From Podarcis erhardii (Eukaryota), in the NCBI GenBank assembly GCA_964252035.1, contig OZ176212.1: a stretch of 64,000 nucleotides of DNA. One strand, written 5' to 3'. Within the stretch, counting starts at the first letter, position 1. Each line of letters starts with the position of its first letter. This document shows positions 10,410-22,656 of this stretch, in pieces. A program made the position numbers and the translations under genes. Below the pieces are notes generated by a model, which worked only from the letters and a program-made list of their open reading frames with translations, searched no databases and was not told the origin of the DNA.

Positions 10410-11678
10410 CTTCACATGCAAGACATGGCTTGAATGAATAGGATGAATGAAATGGCCTTACAAATAGGAAGCCCATGCCTTCCAGATTAGGTCCTCAGGC
10501 TGATAGTTCTCCATTCCTGCTGTAGAGAGTTGCTGGAACTGGAGGGTGGGGCCTGGGTCTGCATCTTTTCTGGAAATGCTAGGTGCCAAAGTGCACCAGG
10601 TGTGGTCATGTTGAGTTAGTAACCACAGAAGGCCATGCCTCTAGTATTGACATTAGTCAGGGCCACCCCAGAGGCAACATTCAGTCTTACAGTCTCAAAG
10701 ATCAATGCTGAATGTTGGAAGAATTTGAACTTTGTGAATTTCAATAAGAGAAGACTCCATTCACCCTTCCCAAATTAATGAATCAGGTGGATTTTGTACT
10801 TCTCCCAACTTTGTGACAGTGTTCTCAGTTCATGTAAAATGTGTAAGTGCATTATCAAATGTTCATTTTAAATTATATTTAGAAAAATACATTTTGTGAG
10901 AAAAATACATTTTTGAATGCTAAACTTAACATTTTGACATGGATTTATTTATTTATATATGTATGCATCATCACACTTTAATGCAGAATTAAATTAATAT
11001 TTGCAATGGTGATACAGACTAGAAATATACTGATCCAACCACCCCTCGTTACACATTCCTACTGTGTCTGAACAAAGCTCTGAAACCAGAGCATAGAGTT
11101 CCAGGTAATTAATATAGTCATAGTTGATTTATTTATAAACCACATATTCTACAAATACATCTGTGCTTGAAGCAGTTCACAAAAATATTTAAATATCGGA
11201 GCAGATTTTGTTGCTGGCATCCTTCTATCTCAGGAGACAATGGAAAAATACATATGCTGTAGAGACTAATATGGGAGAGACATGTTTTGTTGTAGCTGGC
11301 GTAGAGGAAGAAGCACATTTACAAAACATAATAATACCTCATGACACAAAATAATAATGATGATGATAATTAATATTAAATAAAAATAACAGTTCATTTA
11401 ACATACATGAAAATTTAAGAGTGCAAAGTTCAACAAGTCAAGTAGTTTCACATCCAAATGCACCATCAAAGCTGATGGCATCAGTGCTGAGTAACCTCCT
11501 ACCTTTTATTTACACCTGATCCTCAAAGTCCAGAAAGTAACTTCAGACTTAATCTGGAAATGGATCCCTTATAAAGACTCTTATGGCTAGAGTATGGGAA
11601 AAAGCAAGCAGAAACAGCCATTCACTGTTGAAAAACACCGTTTCTTTTCCCTCACATGGTTCTAGATTAAGGTAGGTA

Positions 11679-12024
11679 GAGAGAAAGAGCCAAGCAGTAG
11701 AAGCAAAGACCCAATGAAATCTATGAACTCGATAAAGCTGATGTCAATGCAGGCGAGGTGTAGCAAAGGGGCACTGTCACAGAAGTAGTGATTAACGACA
11801 TTAGTTCCACAGTAAGGCAACCTCACTTTCAGCACTGTTGACAAGAACACAGACAAGAACCCACTGATCCAAGAGCCAATCAGCATACTGACACAAACTT
11901 TCCCAGTCATGAGAGTGGGGTACCTAAGTGGGTAGCAGATGGCCAAGTAGCGGTCAAAGGACATCACAGCAAAAAGGATGAACTCTGTAGAACCCATGAA
12001 GAAGTAGAAGTATGACTGAGCAAA
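11679..12024 (-). pseudogene. OR fragment (TM3-TM5), a truncated duplicate of OR-4
   Basis: Nearly identical to about 19576-19920 (FAQSYFYFFMGSTEF...LLLLGS). The C-terminal part is lost in a deletion of about 0.9 kb relative to copy B, and the N-terminal part is absent. Confidence 0.92.
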
Positions 12025-12099
12025 ACACAAAATATACTCATGGGTTTGGGGGAGAAAGGAATAAGAAATAACTTAATATTCCCCACTGTTTTGTTGGCA

Positions 12100-12420
12100 A
12101 TTGATCTGAATATAACATGCATTAGACAGGTGGGGTGTGTGTGTGTGTTTCTTTGCTTTTTTATCATTCTGAATAATTTGATGTCATCAGAAAACATGAC
12201 CACCTCACTGTTCATTTCTCCTTCCAGGTTATTAATGAACAAGTTTAAAAGCATATGTCCCCGTATAGATCCTTGGAAAATCACACTTCATACATCCTTT
12301 CAAGATAGCCTCTCTTTATCCCATGACTGCTAAGTATTCTCAGGAGTCTTTGGTCAAAGACTGTATCAAAAGGTTTTTGAATGTTCAGCTATGCAACGCG
12401 GACTATATCACTCCTGTCCA
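12100..12420 (-). mobile_element. Old CR1 RT fragment at the duplication junction
   Basis: FQGSIRGHMLLNLFINNLEGEMNSEVVMFSDDIKLFR is a degenerate PQGSVLGP..FNIFINDL...KFADDTKL. Confidence 0.75.
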
Positions 12421-12842
12421 CATTTTATTGATGCTCTCAATTACCTCTAAATTGTCACTTAGACAAATATGCAAAAAAGTTCAACTTATTAAAAGACTTC
12501 TCATTATCATAAAAGTCTTTTCATAAAAGTCTTCTCCTGTATGCATGCATACAATTTTCAGAAGCCAATGGTGTCTAAAGTAACATTTTAGCCATAATAA
12601 TTGAACCAGATAATTAATATTAGTGTTCATTGAACCATCCTCTACCTCAGAGCCCAGGAATTTAGAAATCCACTAGCCTTGGTTAATTTAGCATATCCTT
12701 CATTGTTTCTACATTATTGCAGGCCCTGGACATTCTAAAGCACGGGATGCTTTATAATGAAATTCTTGTTTGGACTATAAGAAATTTAATGCATATTTTA
12801 AAATACAGTACCATTGATGAACACTGTTCCAATACATTTCTA

Positions 12843-13781
12843 TTATGTCTTGGTCAATACATTCCTTCCCAAAGCTCTCTTTAATGCCTCTTTGACTTCC
12901 TTGTTCCTGAAACTATATATAATGGGATTTAGCATAGGATTGATTACTGCATAAAATACAGAAATCAGTTTATCATTCTCAGGGGAGTAAAACGATTTTG
13001 GCTTCATGTACATGAAAATTCCTGTGCCATAATAAATGGTCACTACTGTTAGATGGGAAGAACATGTGGAAAAAGCTTTGTGTCTACCACTAGTGGTACG
13101 GATTCTGATGATAGCAGCAATGATGTAGCCGTAGGACACCAGAACCAGGATAAAGGGCAGCATTAATGTGCCTGTACCCCCTATCAACATCAGAAGTTCC
13201 ACTAAAGAGGTATCAGTACAGATCATGTGCAGCAGAACAGGGAGCTCACAGAAAATATGATTAATAACATAGGGTGCACAAAGAGGGGGCAAAGATAAGT
13301 AGAGTGGAACCACAGAGACTAGAAAACTGATGGTCCAAGATGCTGCTGCAGTCTTCACACAAACACGGTAGCTCATTATTGTAGTGTAACGTAAGGGATG
13401 ACACACAGCTGCATAGCGGTCAAATGCCATCACTGCTAGAAGGAGACATTCTGCGGCTCCCATAAGGAGGGAAATATGGGTTTGCAGCATGCACAAGTGA
13501 TACATTATAGTTTTCTTGGTGGATATCAGGTTGGCCAACATTTTGGGGACTACAGCAGTGGTGTAGCAAAGGTTCAGAAATGCCAAGTGTTGAAGGAAAA
13601 AATACATGGGAGTATGCAGATGGGAATCTGCTGTGGCCAAGCAAATTATACTAATGTTCCCAAGAAGGGTTGCAGCATATAGAAAGAAGAAGATTGCAAA
13701 GAGTAAAGGTTCCATTTTTGGATGATTAGAAAAACCCAAAAGTATGATTTCCCAACCTTCTGTATCATTTGTTGGTCTCAT
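12843..13781 (-). CDS. Olfactory receptor OR-3, recent paralogue of OR-1, 312 aa
   Basis: Intact OR motifs (LHTPMY, MAFDRY, KAFSTC, PMLNPIIY). About 24 amino-acid differences from OR-1 by my count. Confidence 0.96.
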   Translation of the reverse strand: MRPTNDTEGWEIILLGFSNHPKMEPLLFAIFFFLYAATLLGNISIICLATADSHLHTPMYFFLQHLAFLNLCYTTAVVPKMLANLISTKKTIMYHLCMLQTHISLLMGAAECLLLAVMAFDRYAAVCHPLRYTTIMSYRVCVKTAAASWTISFLVSVVPLYLSLPPLCAPYVINHIFCELPVLLHMICTDTSLVELLMLIGGTGTLMLPFILVLVSYGYIIAAIIRIRTTSGRHKAFSTCSSHLTVVTIYYGTGIFMYMKPKSFYSPENDKLISVFYAVINPMLNPIIYSFRNKEVKEALKRALGRNVLTKT

Positions 13782-15009
13782 AATGCCCCATCAATTCCAA
13801 CTATTGGGAGGGGGGAACCTGGAAGAAGAGCAGACAAAACTACCTTTTAGAACGTGAGAATATAGATGTATCATAATATATCCTAAACCTAAATCCTGCA
13901 TCTAAAGTATCATTCAGTAAATGCAATATAAACTTTATGCAATATTGTTGCATAACTTCTTTAGGCATATCTCCATCAGTTTGTCAAGTCCAGTTTTAGT
14001 TTTCAGTTTTATGCTCTTTTGCATATTCTATGTCTGGAAAAGATCACTAAGGTTGTTTTCCTCCTTATGTAACTTCTTGTTTATGAAAAAAAATATAAAA
14101 TTGTGATCTATGCAACAATTACTATATAATATAGGGGGGAACAGTTCTTTGATCATACAGGTACTAGAAATTTAGCAGATATAAAAGCAGAGCAGAGTTA
14201 TGAAGAAATAGAGACAAATGTAAAAAGTTACATTTTTAAAAGCAAGTTATTTTGAGCAACGATAGTACAGGTTGGCTTTCAGATATTGTTGGATTAAACT
14301 TCCCACCAGCAAATGGTCAGGATTGGTGGGCATTGTAGCCCAACAATATCTGGAAGGCAACTCATTTCTGATTTAGAAATTTTATTTTAATAGTTTTTCT
14401 AATCTTATTTATTGTTTTTTGTTATACGCCTTAATAATAATTTTAAATATTGTTCTATTCCTTACTTGCATGCATCCTAATCATAACAATAGAAATAAAT
14501 CTCATTATGTTCACTTTCCCCATCTGAGTATAAATAGGATTCCTTCTTCTCTTCCTCCCGCCTTGATTAAGAGAAGTTAACAGAGATCAACAGAAGCAGG
14601 GATTTCTTCCCATGGAGGTAGATATCAGATTATATCCTTAAACTAGTTTTCTTTGCATATACTCAATGCAGACTAGGTTAGGTGGGTGACTGAGCGGACA
14701 GGCTGGGAGCTGTAAAATAAAATGATAAAAAATGAACATATAACTAACCTAATGAAGTCCAATAAATCTACAAAGATCTGCAGTATTATCACAATTCAAC
14801 ATGACTGGTAAAAGCAGCATCAAGCTGGCCAGTCGATGCTTATGTTTGCCCACCACACTCGTCTTACAGTTTACATGTTTCTTTTGCCTAGCAAAGCTTA
14901 CCATATTTGTTTAAAACTACAAGCTCCTCTCCAACACAGACGAAAAGCACATTTGAAGAGATGTGCTTATACCAATATATTAATATTCCTTTCTTTCTAG
15001 TATACATTC

Positions 15010-15226
15010 TTTTTATTTTTTCCAAACATAAATTTTAATTCTGCACAGTGCTCCCGCTATTGGTGCTCTACAACGCCAATCCTCTCTCTCTCTCCTCCCG
15101 CCCAGCCACGCTCCTGCCTTCGTTCACTTCCTTCCTTCCTCCCGTCATCCTCCTTATCGGGTGCTGCTCAGGGTCTCGGGCTCCGAGTGGGGCAGGTCGC
15201 TCTGGGTCTCATGGTGGCTCCGGTGC
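15010..15226 (-). other. 217-bp GC/CpG-rich polyadenylated insertion, candidate 5'-truncated retrocopy
   Basis: Absent from copy A at 4291-4306. The minus strand has a 23-codon open frame, a TAA at 15154-15156, ATTAAA and an A-rich tail. Confidence 0.55.
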
Positions 15227-18200
15227 CACTTTTGCTCCATTCACTTGTAGCCTCAATTTATATTATTTTTTTTAATTCTAAGAGTTTTATTGAGAAGAAA
15301 TCCCATGGATTTCAATGTAATTTCCAGGAGTTAGGGGAGGGGACAGGAGAGAGAAAAGGCTAATTGAAACACTCTCCTTATAATACCTTAACCTACCGTA
15401 ATCCTAATATGTACATCGATTGCTCATTACCCATGTTACATTGACAATAATGCTGGTGTTTAAATTCACTGACAAATGGAAGCATTGTGACCCGTACTTT
15501 GAAGGTGTATAAATGACACTCTTACTGCCATGCAAATTTTCTATTGAGATGTGATGTTAATAATAAAGGATGGAGATGAAATATAGGAGTAGGGTGTAGG
15601 AAATGAACAAGAACTGAGTTCTCAAACAAGCAAAGTCTTTTAAGAGCATAAAAAAATGAAAGAGCCCTCCTGAATCAGACTTAAAAACATAATAAAACAT
15701 TTAAAAAACACTTTTCTATAAAGGATTACCTTCAGATGGATTGGGAGTTGAATAACTCCATACCCTGCAACATTTTGCCAATGAAAATAGATACATCCTA
15801 AGGAAAAGTGGGACATTCCGGGATTGAATCAGAAACCGAAGCGGCTTCTCTAAATCAAGGATGTCCCTGGAAAATAGGGACACTTGGAGGGTCTGACATT
15901 TACATTCCCAGAGTACAGTTCCCCTCTCTTCTGGAGATTCAATAGTTGTAAATAATGGTAACCAGCCAGGAAGATTCCTTCAGTTCCACCTACCTCCAAG
16001 CACAGTACAGGTAGTCTCATTGAAATACATTAGACATAAGTTGTCCCATTGATTCCATAAGTACCTTCTTCTGGAACCAACTCATAGTGTGTTTAATTCC
16101 TATTGTGTTTGGTCTTAAGGAGATAAGCTGAATAGTATGCTTAAGTATGAATAAGTATGAACTTGTATACATATGAAGAGGATAATTAAAAAAAAACTTA
16201 CATATTTACTTTTATCTTCTATATGATGGCTTTATTAGCAGTTAAAAAATCTCAAGGCTCCAATTAACTTTGCACGTCTTACATTCTGCTATGAACACCC
16301 CCCCAATATTATTTTACAGGATTATGGGACATTAAAATGGTCAACCTTTAAAGAGATTTCTAGGGCCATATTATATTGTTACAGATCTGGAGAAGCAGAC
16401 TTGGGGATCAAAGGATCCCATAACTGCTAGAGTTAGGGAATGTTAGAAATTAGTATATGGCAGAATTTAGTTAATGTCTGGAGTATGAAAGGGAAGGTGC
16501 CAGACTAAACAATAAATAAATAAATAAATCACATGGGAATAAGAGCCATTAAGCTATAATTACTGGACAATGACCATCCATTGACCTTCTGCCTTAGCTC
16601 TGGCTAAATAGAAGAGTTGGGAGGGGACGGTTACAGGAGGCATGATGCCACACAGGAAAAATGTGCCCTTCTGGAAAAATAAAAGAGGTCTAGATAAGTG
16701 GGGTGAGTAAATAGAGGTTGGAGAAAAAGAGGGAGGACCCCACAAGGTGACATGTAAATGTTGTAAATTCTCTCCAAACCCAGGTGTAAGTATTTCTACA
16801 ATAAACCATATTTCTTAAAGATTTTAGTCTCCACTCTGCCTTGATTTCCCAGATACAACCCTGTTTGAGCACATGGAACCCCCTGGAATCTCGCTACCAC
16901 TTGGCAGAGATTGGAGCAGGGGTTGGCGCACAGACTTTAAAAAAAAAAAAATCATTTCTAGATGTGAGGGTCACAGCCATGCTTATGGAGTTGACACAAG
17001 GATAATATATCCCCCAATGAGGCAAACTGAACAGGCTCATGACTAAGTCTATCAATCAGTAGTACCTCAAGTCTTTTTTTAAAAAAAAATCATTGTTTGA
17101 AAATTCACATATTTGCTGGGGGAAGAAATTTGAATATAAACTACTTCCTTTGCAAAGGGAAAAAACTCATTTTAAAAACAGGGAATGATTTTATTTCCAA
17201 AGGAGGCTTGTGCAGTACTTCCTAAGTACCATTCGCCAGCTGGGTGTCAGTTGTTGAGCTTTTTTGATTTTGGAAATTCCCCCCAGACAATTTGAATTCC
17301 ACTTTTTAAATCCAGAAATGTCTGGGAAAATCAGGACATATGGCAGCCCTATAACCAACTGATCAGCAGTGCCTGCAAAGCCTTTTTTGTCCAAGTCACA
17401 CCTATAGCTGCCCCTCAGCTGTTGTCACATATGACTTCACATGCAGGACAGCTGGGTGTGGCTTGAATGAAATGGCCTTACAAATAGGAAGCCCCAGTCT
17501 TCCAGATTAGGTCCTCAGGCTGATAGTTTTGCATTCCTGCTGTAGAGAGTTGCTGGAACTGGAGGGTGGGGCCTGGGTCTGCATCTTTTCTGGAAATGCT
17601 AGGTGCCAAAGTGCAGCAGGTGTGGTCATGTTGAGTTAGTAACCACAGAAGGCCATGCCTCTAGTATTGACATTAGGCAGGGCCACCCCAGAGGCAACAT
17701 TCAGTCTTACAGTCTCAAAGATCAATGCTGAATGTTGAAAGAATTTGAACTTTGAGAATTTCAATAAGAGAAGACTCCATTCACCCTTCCCAAATTAATG
17801 AATCAGGTGGATTTTGCACTTCTCCCAACTTTGTGACAGTGTTCTCAGCTCATGTAAAATGTGTAAGTGCATTATCAAATGTTCATTTTAAACTATTTTT
17901 AGAAAGATACATTTTGTGAGAAAAATACATTTGTTAAATGCTAAACTTAATATTTTGACATAGATTTATTTATATATGTAAGCATCATTACACTCTAATG
18001 CAGAATTGAATTAATATATGCAATGGTGATACAGACTACAAATATACTGATCCAACCACCCCTCGTTACACATCCCTACTGTGCCTGAACAAAGCTCTGA
18101 AACCAGAGCATAGAGTTCCAGGTAATTAATATAGTCATAGTCGATTTATTTATAAACCACAAATTCTACAAATACATCTGTGCTTGAAGCAGTTCACAAA

Positions 18201-19261
18201 AATATTTAAATATCGGAGCAGATTTTGTTGCTGGCATCCTTCTGTCTCAGGAGACAATGGAAAAATGCATATGCTGTAGAGACTAATATGGGAGAGACAT
18301 GTTTTGTTGTAGCTGGGGTAGTGGAAGAAGCACATTTACAAAACATAATAATACCTCATGACACAAAATAATAATGATGATGATAATTAATATTAAATAA
18401 AATTAACAGTTCATTTAACATACATCAAAATTTAAGAGTGCAAAGTTCAACAAGTCAAGTAGTTTCACATACAAATGCACCCTCAAAACTGATGGCATCA
18501 GTGCCGAGTAACCTCCTACCTTTCATTTACTCCTGATCCACAAAGTCCAGAAAGTAACTTCAGACTTAATCTGGAAATGGATCCCTTATAAAGACTCTTA
18601 TGGCTGGAGTATGGGAAAAAGCAAGCAGAAACAGCCATTCACTGATGAAAAACACAGTTTCTTTTCCCTCACAGTTCTTCTAGAAGAAGTTACATTATGA
18701 AGGCTCTTGGAGTGTGGGGCAAAACATGTGAAACCAAAGTATCCCCCTTCCCCTCATATTCACACCATACATTTAAAGTGAATTGCTTTCCCTCAAAGAA
18801 TCCTGGGAGCTGTAAGTCACTCCTCACAGAACTACAACTCCCAGCACCTTTAACAAACAACAGTTTGCCTGCTTTGCTCTATTACCAAAGGGGCACTTGG
18901 GGGGAAGGATCTGCTTAAGAAGGGGGAGGATCCAGCTGCAAGGAGCAGAGGAACAGGAACAGGAGGACCTGGCAGTATATCAGTCTCCCCTGGACCATAG
19001 CTGGTTGAAGAGCTTGGTCATGAATAAGGGCGTAGTGCTACAACTAAAAAGACTCTCACTCTCTATTCACAACCCGCATAACCTCAGATGGTGGGGAACA
19101 TCTTTAGAGAAGAAGTTTCTCTGTAGAGTAGTGTAGGAGAAGGCAATTCTCCACAGTCATAAAACCCAGTCAATATGCACTATGGACAATACAATCTGTG
19201 CTGTTATATTGAAAATGTGAACTTTATGTAAGGTGTATATTCTGAAGGTGTATATAGTACA

Positions 19262-20209
19262 TTAGTTATATTTTATTCTGGAGGTTAGCTTCTTTAGGAC
19301 ATCTTTTAACACCTCTTTCATTTGTTCATTCCTTAGACTAAAGATGAAAGGGTTCAATAAAGGTGTCAAGATGCCAGAGAAAATGGCTAATGCTTTGTTC
19401 ATGCTCATGGTGTCACTCTGGGATGGCCTGACATAAACAAAGATGGAGATTCCATAGCCCATGGAGACAACAGTGAAGTGGGATGCACAGGTGGCAAAGG
19501 CCTTCTCCCTTCCCTTTGCAGAAGGAATTTTGAGGATGGTACTGATTATGTAGACGTAAGAGACAGCAGTGAATGAGAGAGAGCCAAGCAGTAGAAGCAA
19601 AGACCCAATGAAATCTATGAACTCGATAAAGCTGATGTCAATGCAGGCGAGGTGTAGCAAAGGGGCACTGTCACAGAAGTAGTGATTAATGACATTAGGT
19701 CCACAGTAAGGCAACCTCACTTTCAGCACTGTTGACAAGAACACAGACAAGAACCCACCGATCCAAGAGCCAATCAGCATATTGACACAAACTTTCCCAG
19801 TCATGAGAGTGGGGTACCTAAGTGGGTAGCAGATGGCCATGTAGCGGTCAAAGGACATTGCAGCAAAAAGGATGAACTCTGTAGAACCCATGAAGAAGTA
19901 GAAGTATGACTGAGCAAAGCAACCACCAAACGAAATAGTTTTTCTTTCAGCCAGGAGATTGGCTAACATTTTAGGCACGACGCAAGTTGTCATGAGTATC
20001 TCAATTAAGGACAAGTTGCTGAGGAAGAAATACATAGGGGAGTGAAGGCGATGATCAGTGCAGATGAGTACAATGATGAGTGCATTCCCCAGCACTGTCA
20101 CCAGGTAAATGAGAAGGAAAACTATGAAGAGGATGATCTCCACATTTGGTTCATACATAAATCCAAGCAGAAGAAATTCACTGACATTTGTCACATTCTC
20201 TATTTCCAT
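19262..20209 (-). CDS. Olfactory receptor OR-4 (OR6-like), 315 aa
   Basis: Motifs LHSPMYFFL, MSFDRYMAIC, KAFATCASH, PLLNPFIFSLRN. A splice acceptor (ccttccttcattcag) lies just upstream of the ATG. Confidence 0.96.
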   Translation of the reverse strand: MEIENVTNVSEFLLLGFMYEPNVEIILFIVFLLIYLVTVLGNALIIVLICTDHRLHSPMYFFLSNLSLIEILMTTCVVPKMLANLLAERKTISFGGCFAQSYFYFFMGSTEFILFAAMSFDRYMAICYPLRYPTLMTGKVCVNMLIGSWIGGFLSVFLSTVLKVRLPYCGPNVINHYFCDSAPLLHLACIDISFIEFIDFIGSLLLLLGSLSFTAVSYVYIISTILKIPSAKGREKAFATCASHFTVVSMGYGISIFVYVRPSQSDTMSMNKALAIFSGILTPLLNPFIFSLRNEQMKEVLKDVLKKLTSRIKYN

Positions 20210-20497
20210 GTTATGGCATCCTGAATGAAGGAAGGAGGGGAAGGGATGATAATCAATACTAGCATTGTAAACTCAATTGCTAAGAATAAATAGAAGACCC
20301 ATATTCCACACAGAGTTATATTACATAAACAAGTGGCATAATGAAAAGCAAATGATAGTTGTATTGTATGTATTACTTGATCTTGCTTTGTAAGGATGGG
20401 ATCATGTTTTCTGTTTCTGCAAAGCATGTAAATGTAAAGACTGAAGTGATGAAACATATTTTGCCCTCTTTATTACCCGATGATAAGGTAACAAAAG

Positions 20498-20498
<1 letters not shown>

Positions 20499-20539
<41 letters not shown>
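20499..20539. repeat. (GT)n microsatellite
   Basis: Direct reading of the sequence. Confidence 0.95.
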
Positions 20540-20540
<1 letters not shown>

Positions 20541-21695
20541 TGTATCATATATGTAGAAGATATTAACAAGCTAGAATATAAATACTATTAAAGGATTGAA
20601 ATATGTCTAAAATACTGGGTTGCAAGTGAATGAAAATTTACTTATGAGTAAGCGTCACAATAGGTTGTACTACAAGTAATCATAGCTAAAGTTGTTATGC
20701 ATATGACATTAAGTTTTCTATTCCAGACTATAGTGTAATAGCTTTTATTGCACAATATTTTAGTAATAAGTAAATTATCAGAGTAAAAAAAGAGATAGAA
20801 AAGTATCAGTTTGGCAACAGGTAGGTTTCCTTGAAAATCAATTTAGTTTATATCCAATTTATTTATTTCATAAAATTTATACATCACTTGATTGTAAAAA
20901 CAAACAAACCTCAAGGTGATTTACAAAATTTATTGCTATCATACAAAAATTCTTGTTTCAAAATGTTGAGCTCCTCAAGTTTCATTTTACTCCCATCTAC
21001 AAAATCATCTTAACTGCATTATCATCTGCATTTTCTAGAAAACAATATCCCAGTTTAGAATGTCTGTAAGCATTCAGCTGATAAATGGTTGGTACACGTG
21101 TATATTGTGAGAGTGAGCAAAGTGAGGTATCACAATTATCTTACCTTGCAAACACTCAAGTGTTCTTCTATATGCATAGGAAAGATCACCAGTAAGATTT
21201 CTAGGTGTATGTCGACGCCAGATAATGTGTCCAGAATAATGTCTCTCACCTGCAGAGTTTTTATTACTGCAAACTGCATGTGGTTCCTGAATGTAACTAC
21301 ACTTCCAAATTTATCAAATATAAGGTTGACACCAAAGTAATAACAAATTTTCCCACTGCAGATTTTAAAGAATGAAAGCAAATTCAAATTGTTAATAAAA
21401 ACACCCCAAAACAATTGACCCCTACACAAAAGAGAGAGAATAGCACAGCCCTTCTGAAGATGAAATAGTTTCCTGCCCCAGTCTATTATAAGTACTGTTG
21501 GATTCTGTTATTTCAAACTTTATGCTGTTTCACCTTTTCCTTAGGGAATGTTGCTTGCTACCCCTGACAACATCCCCAGGGAAAAGGGGAATGGAAGAAT
21601 ATTTGTGTATATATGCACACAGGACACATATAAATTTGAGAAGATGATGCCGACAACATTTCATCACATGACTAAAAATAAACCTTTTGGTTTTC

Positions 21696-22275
21696 TTTAA
21701 AGAAGTGAACAAACATTGCAGAATCCCTTTAACCAGAGTGAGGGACTTCACAGCTGACCATGCATATTTGGCTGTGAGCTGGGAGGAAATAGGCCTGGAG
21801 AACGGTTCATGAAGTATGGCTATGAGGTGAAGAACTTCATCAGCCTGGACAAGAAGACCCTGACCTGACAGTAGCCGAGGTGCCCAAGGGGGAATGGGAG
21901 TGTGAATACAATGCCACGCTGACCTGGAAAGGCTACTTAAAGGAGGAATGCATGGAGTCATTTAAGAAACTCATGGACTATGGCAAGACAGCCAGAGATG
22001 AAGGTGACCAGGAAGGCTAACTATGAAGGTTTGAAGACCTTCCTTTGCCAAGCCCACAGCTTCTACACCAAGGGGATTGATGCCAACTGGGTGGAGGATG
22101 GGGAGATCTGACAGGAGGGCACCTTCTGTGGAGTGGTCACACACAACTCAGAAAGGACCTACTATGCTTTGCTTGGCATCAAGACAGACCCCAAGGAGAG
22201 GGACCACTACTTGTGCCATGTGGAGCATGACAGCCTAAATGAGCCTCAGGACATGGTTCAGGATCTCCCACCCAG
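21696..22275 (+). pseudogene. Intron-less MHC class I heavy-chain remnant (end of alpha1, alpha2, alpha3)
   Basis: My translation across frameshifts: LQNPFNQSEGLHS*PCIFGCEL...KYGYEVKNFISLDKKTLT(W)...EWE...GYLKEECMESFKKLMDYGK / PEMKVTRK...FLCQAHSFYTKGIDANWVEDGE...NSERTYY...DPKERDHYLCHVEHDSL. Both Cys pairs and the NQS glycan site are kept. It has stops and frameshifts and no introns. Confidence 0.88.
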
Positions 22276-22656
22276 CAGTGGAGCAAGCCGATTGGGTGCC
22301 CGAGGTGGCGTGCTTGCCCTGAGCCCAGGGGTGGGGCTAGCTGCCCATGGGAGCAGGACCAGCTGCCCGCGGGGGGGGGGGGGAGGCAAGCCAGGGCAGA
22401 ATGCTCCATAGGGCCTCCAAGGAATTGGCCTGCCTCCTCCCACTCAGCCGCCCTACAGCTGAGGGGAAGGTAGGAGGCAGGCCCTTTAGGGCAGCGTGGA
22501 GCCTGCAGGCGCCCAAGCCACCACGTCACTCCTAGGAGAGACGTGTGGCTTGGGCGTGCTGCAGGCCCCGTGATAAGTGCCGCCCAGCATTTTGTCACCC
22601 CCTCAGTGGTGACACCCAGGGCTGACTGCCCCCACTGCCCCCTTCCTCCACCACTG
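22276..22656. mobile_element. GC-rich MITE (non-autonomous DNA transposon) immediately after the MHC-I alpha3 region
   Basis: Imperfect terminal inverted repeats CAGTGG(---)AGCAAG and CTTCCTCCACCACTG. No clear TSD. Confidence 0.6.

Larger units (their letters stand above)
1916..19920. repeat. Tandem segmental duplication: copy A about 1916-12024, copy B about 12632-19920
   Basis: Collinear alignable blocks: 1930/12648, OR 2139/12843, 3200-4730/13880-15670, 5780-7760/15690-17250, 10410-11660/17430-18680 and 11679-12024/19576-19920. Confidence 0.93.

Noticed and set aside
15169-15219. Perfect Kozak GCCACCATG on the minus strand of the 217-bp insert
   Set aside because: It opens only a 14-codon frame. 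The other frame ending at the TAA fits an mRNA 3' end better.
21480-21695. Possible remainder of the MHC-I alpha1 domain (YFKLYAVSP, EKMMP)
   Set aside because: The resemblance is weak and the spacing to the NQS motif is too short. I cannot support it without an alignment.
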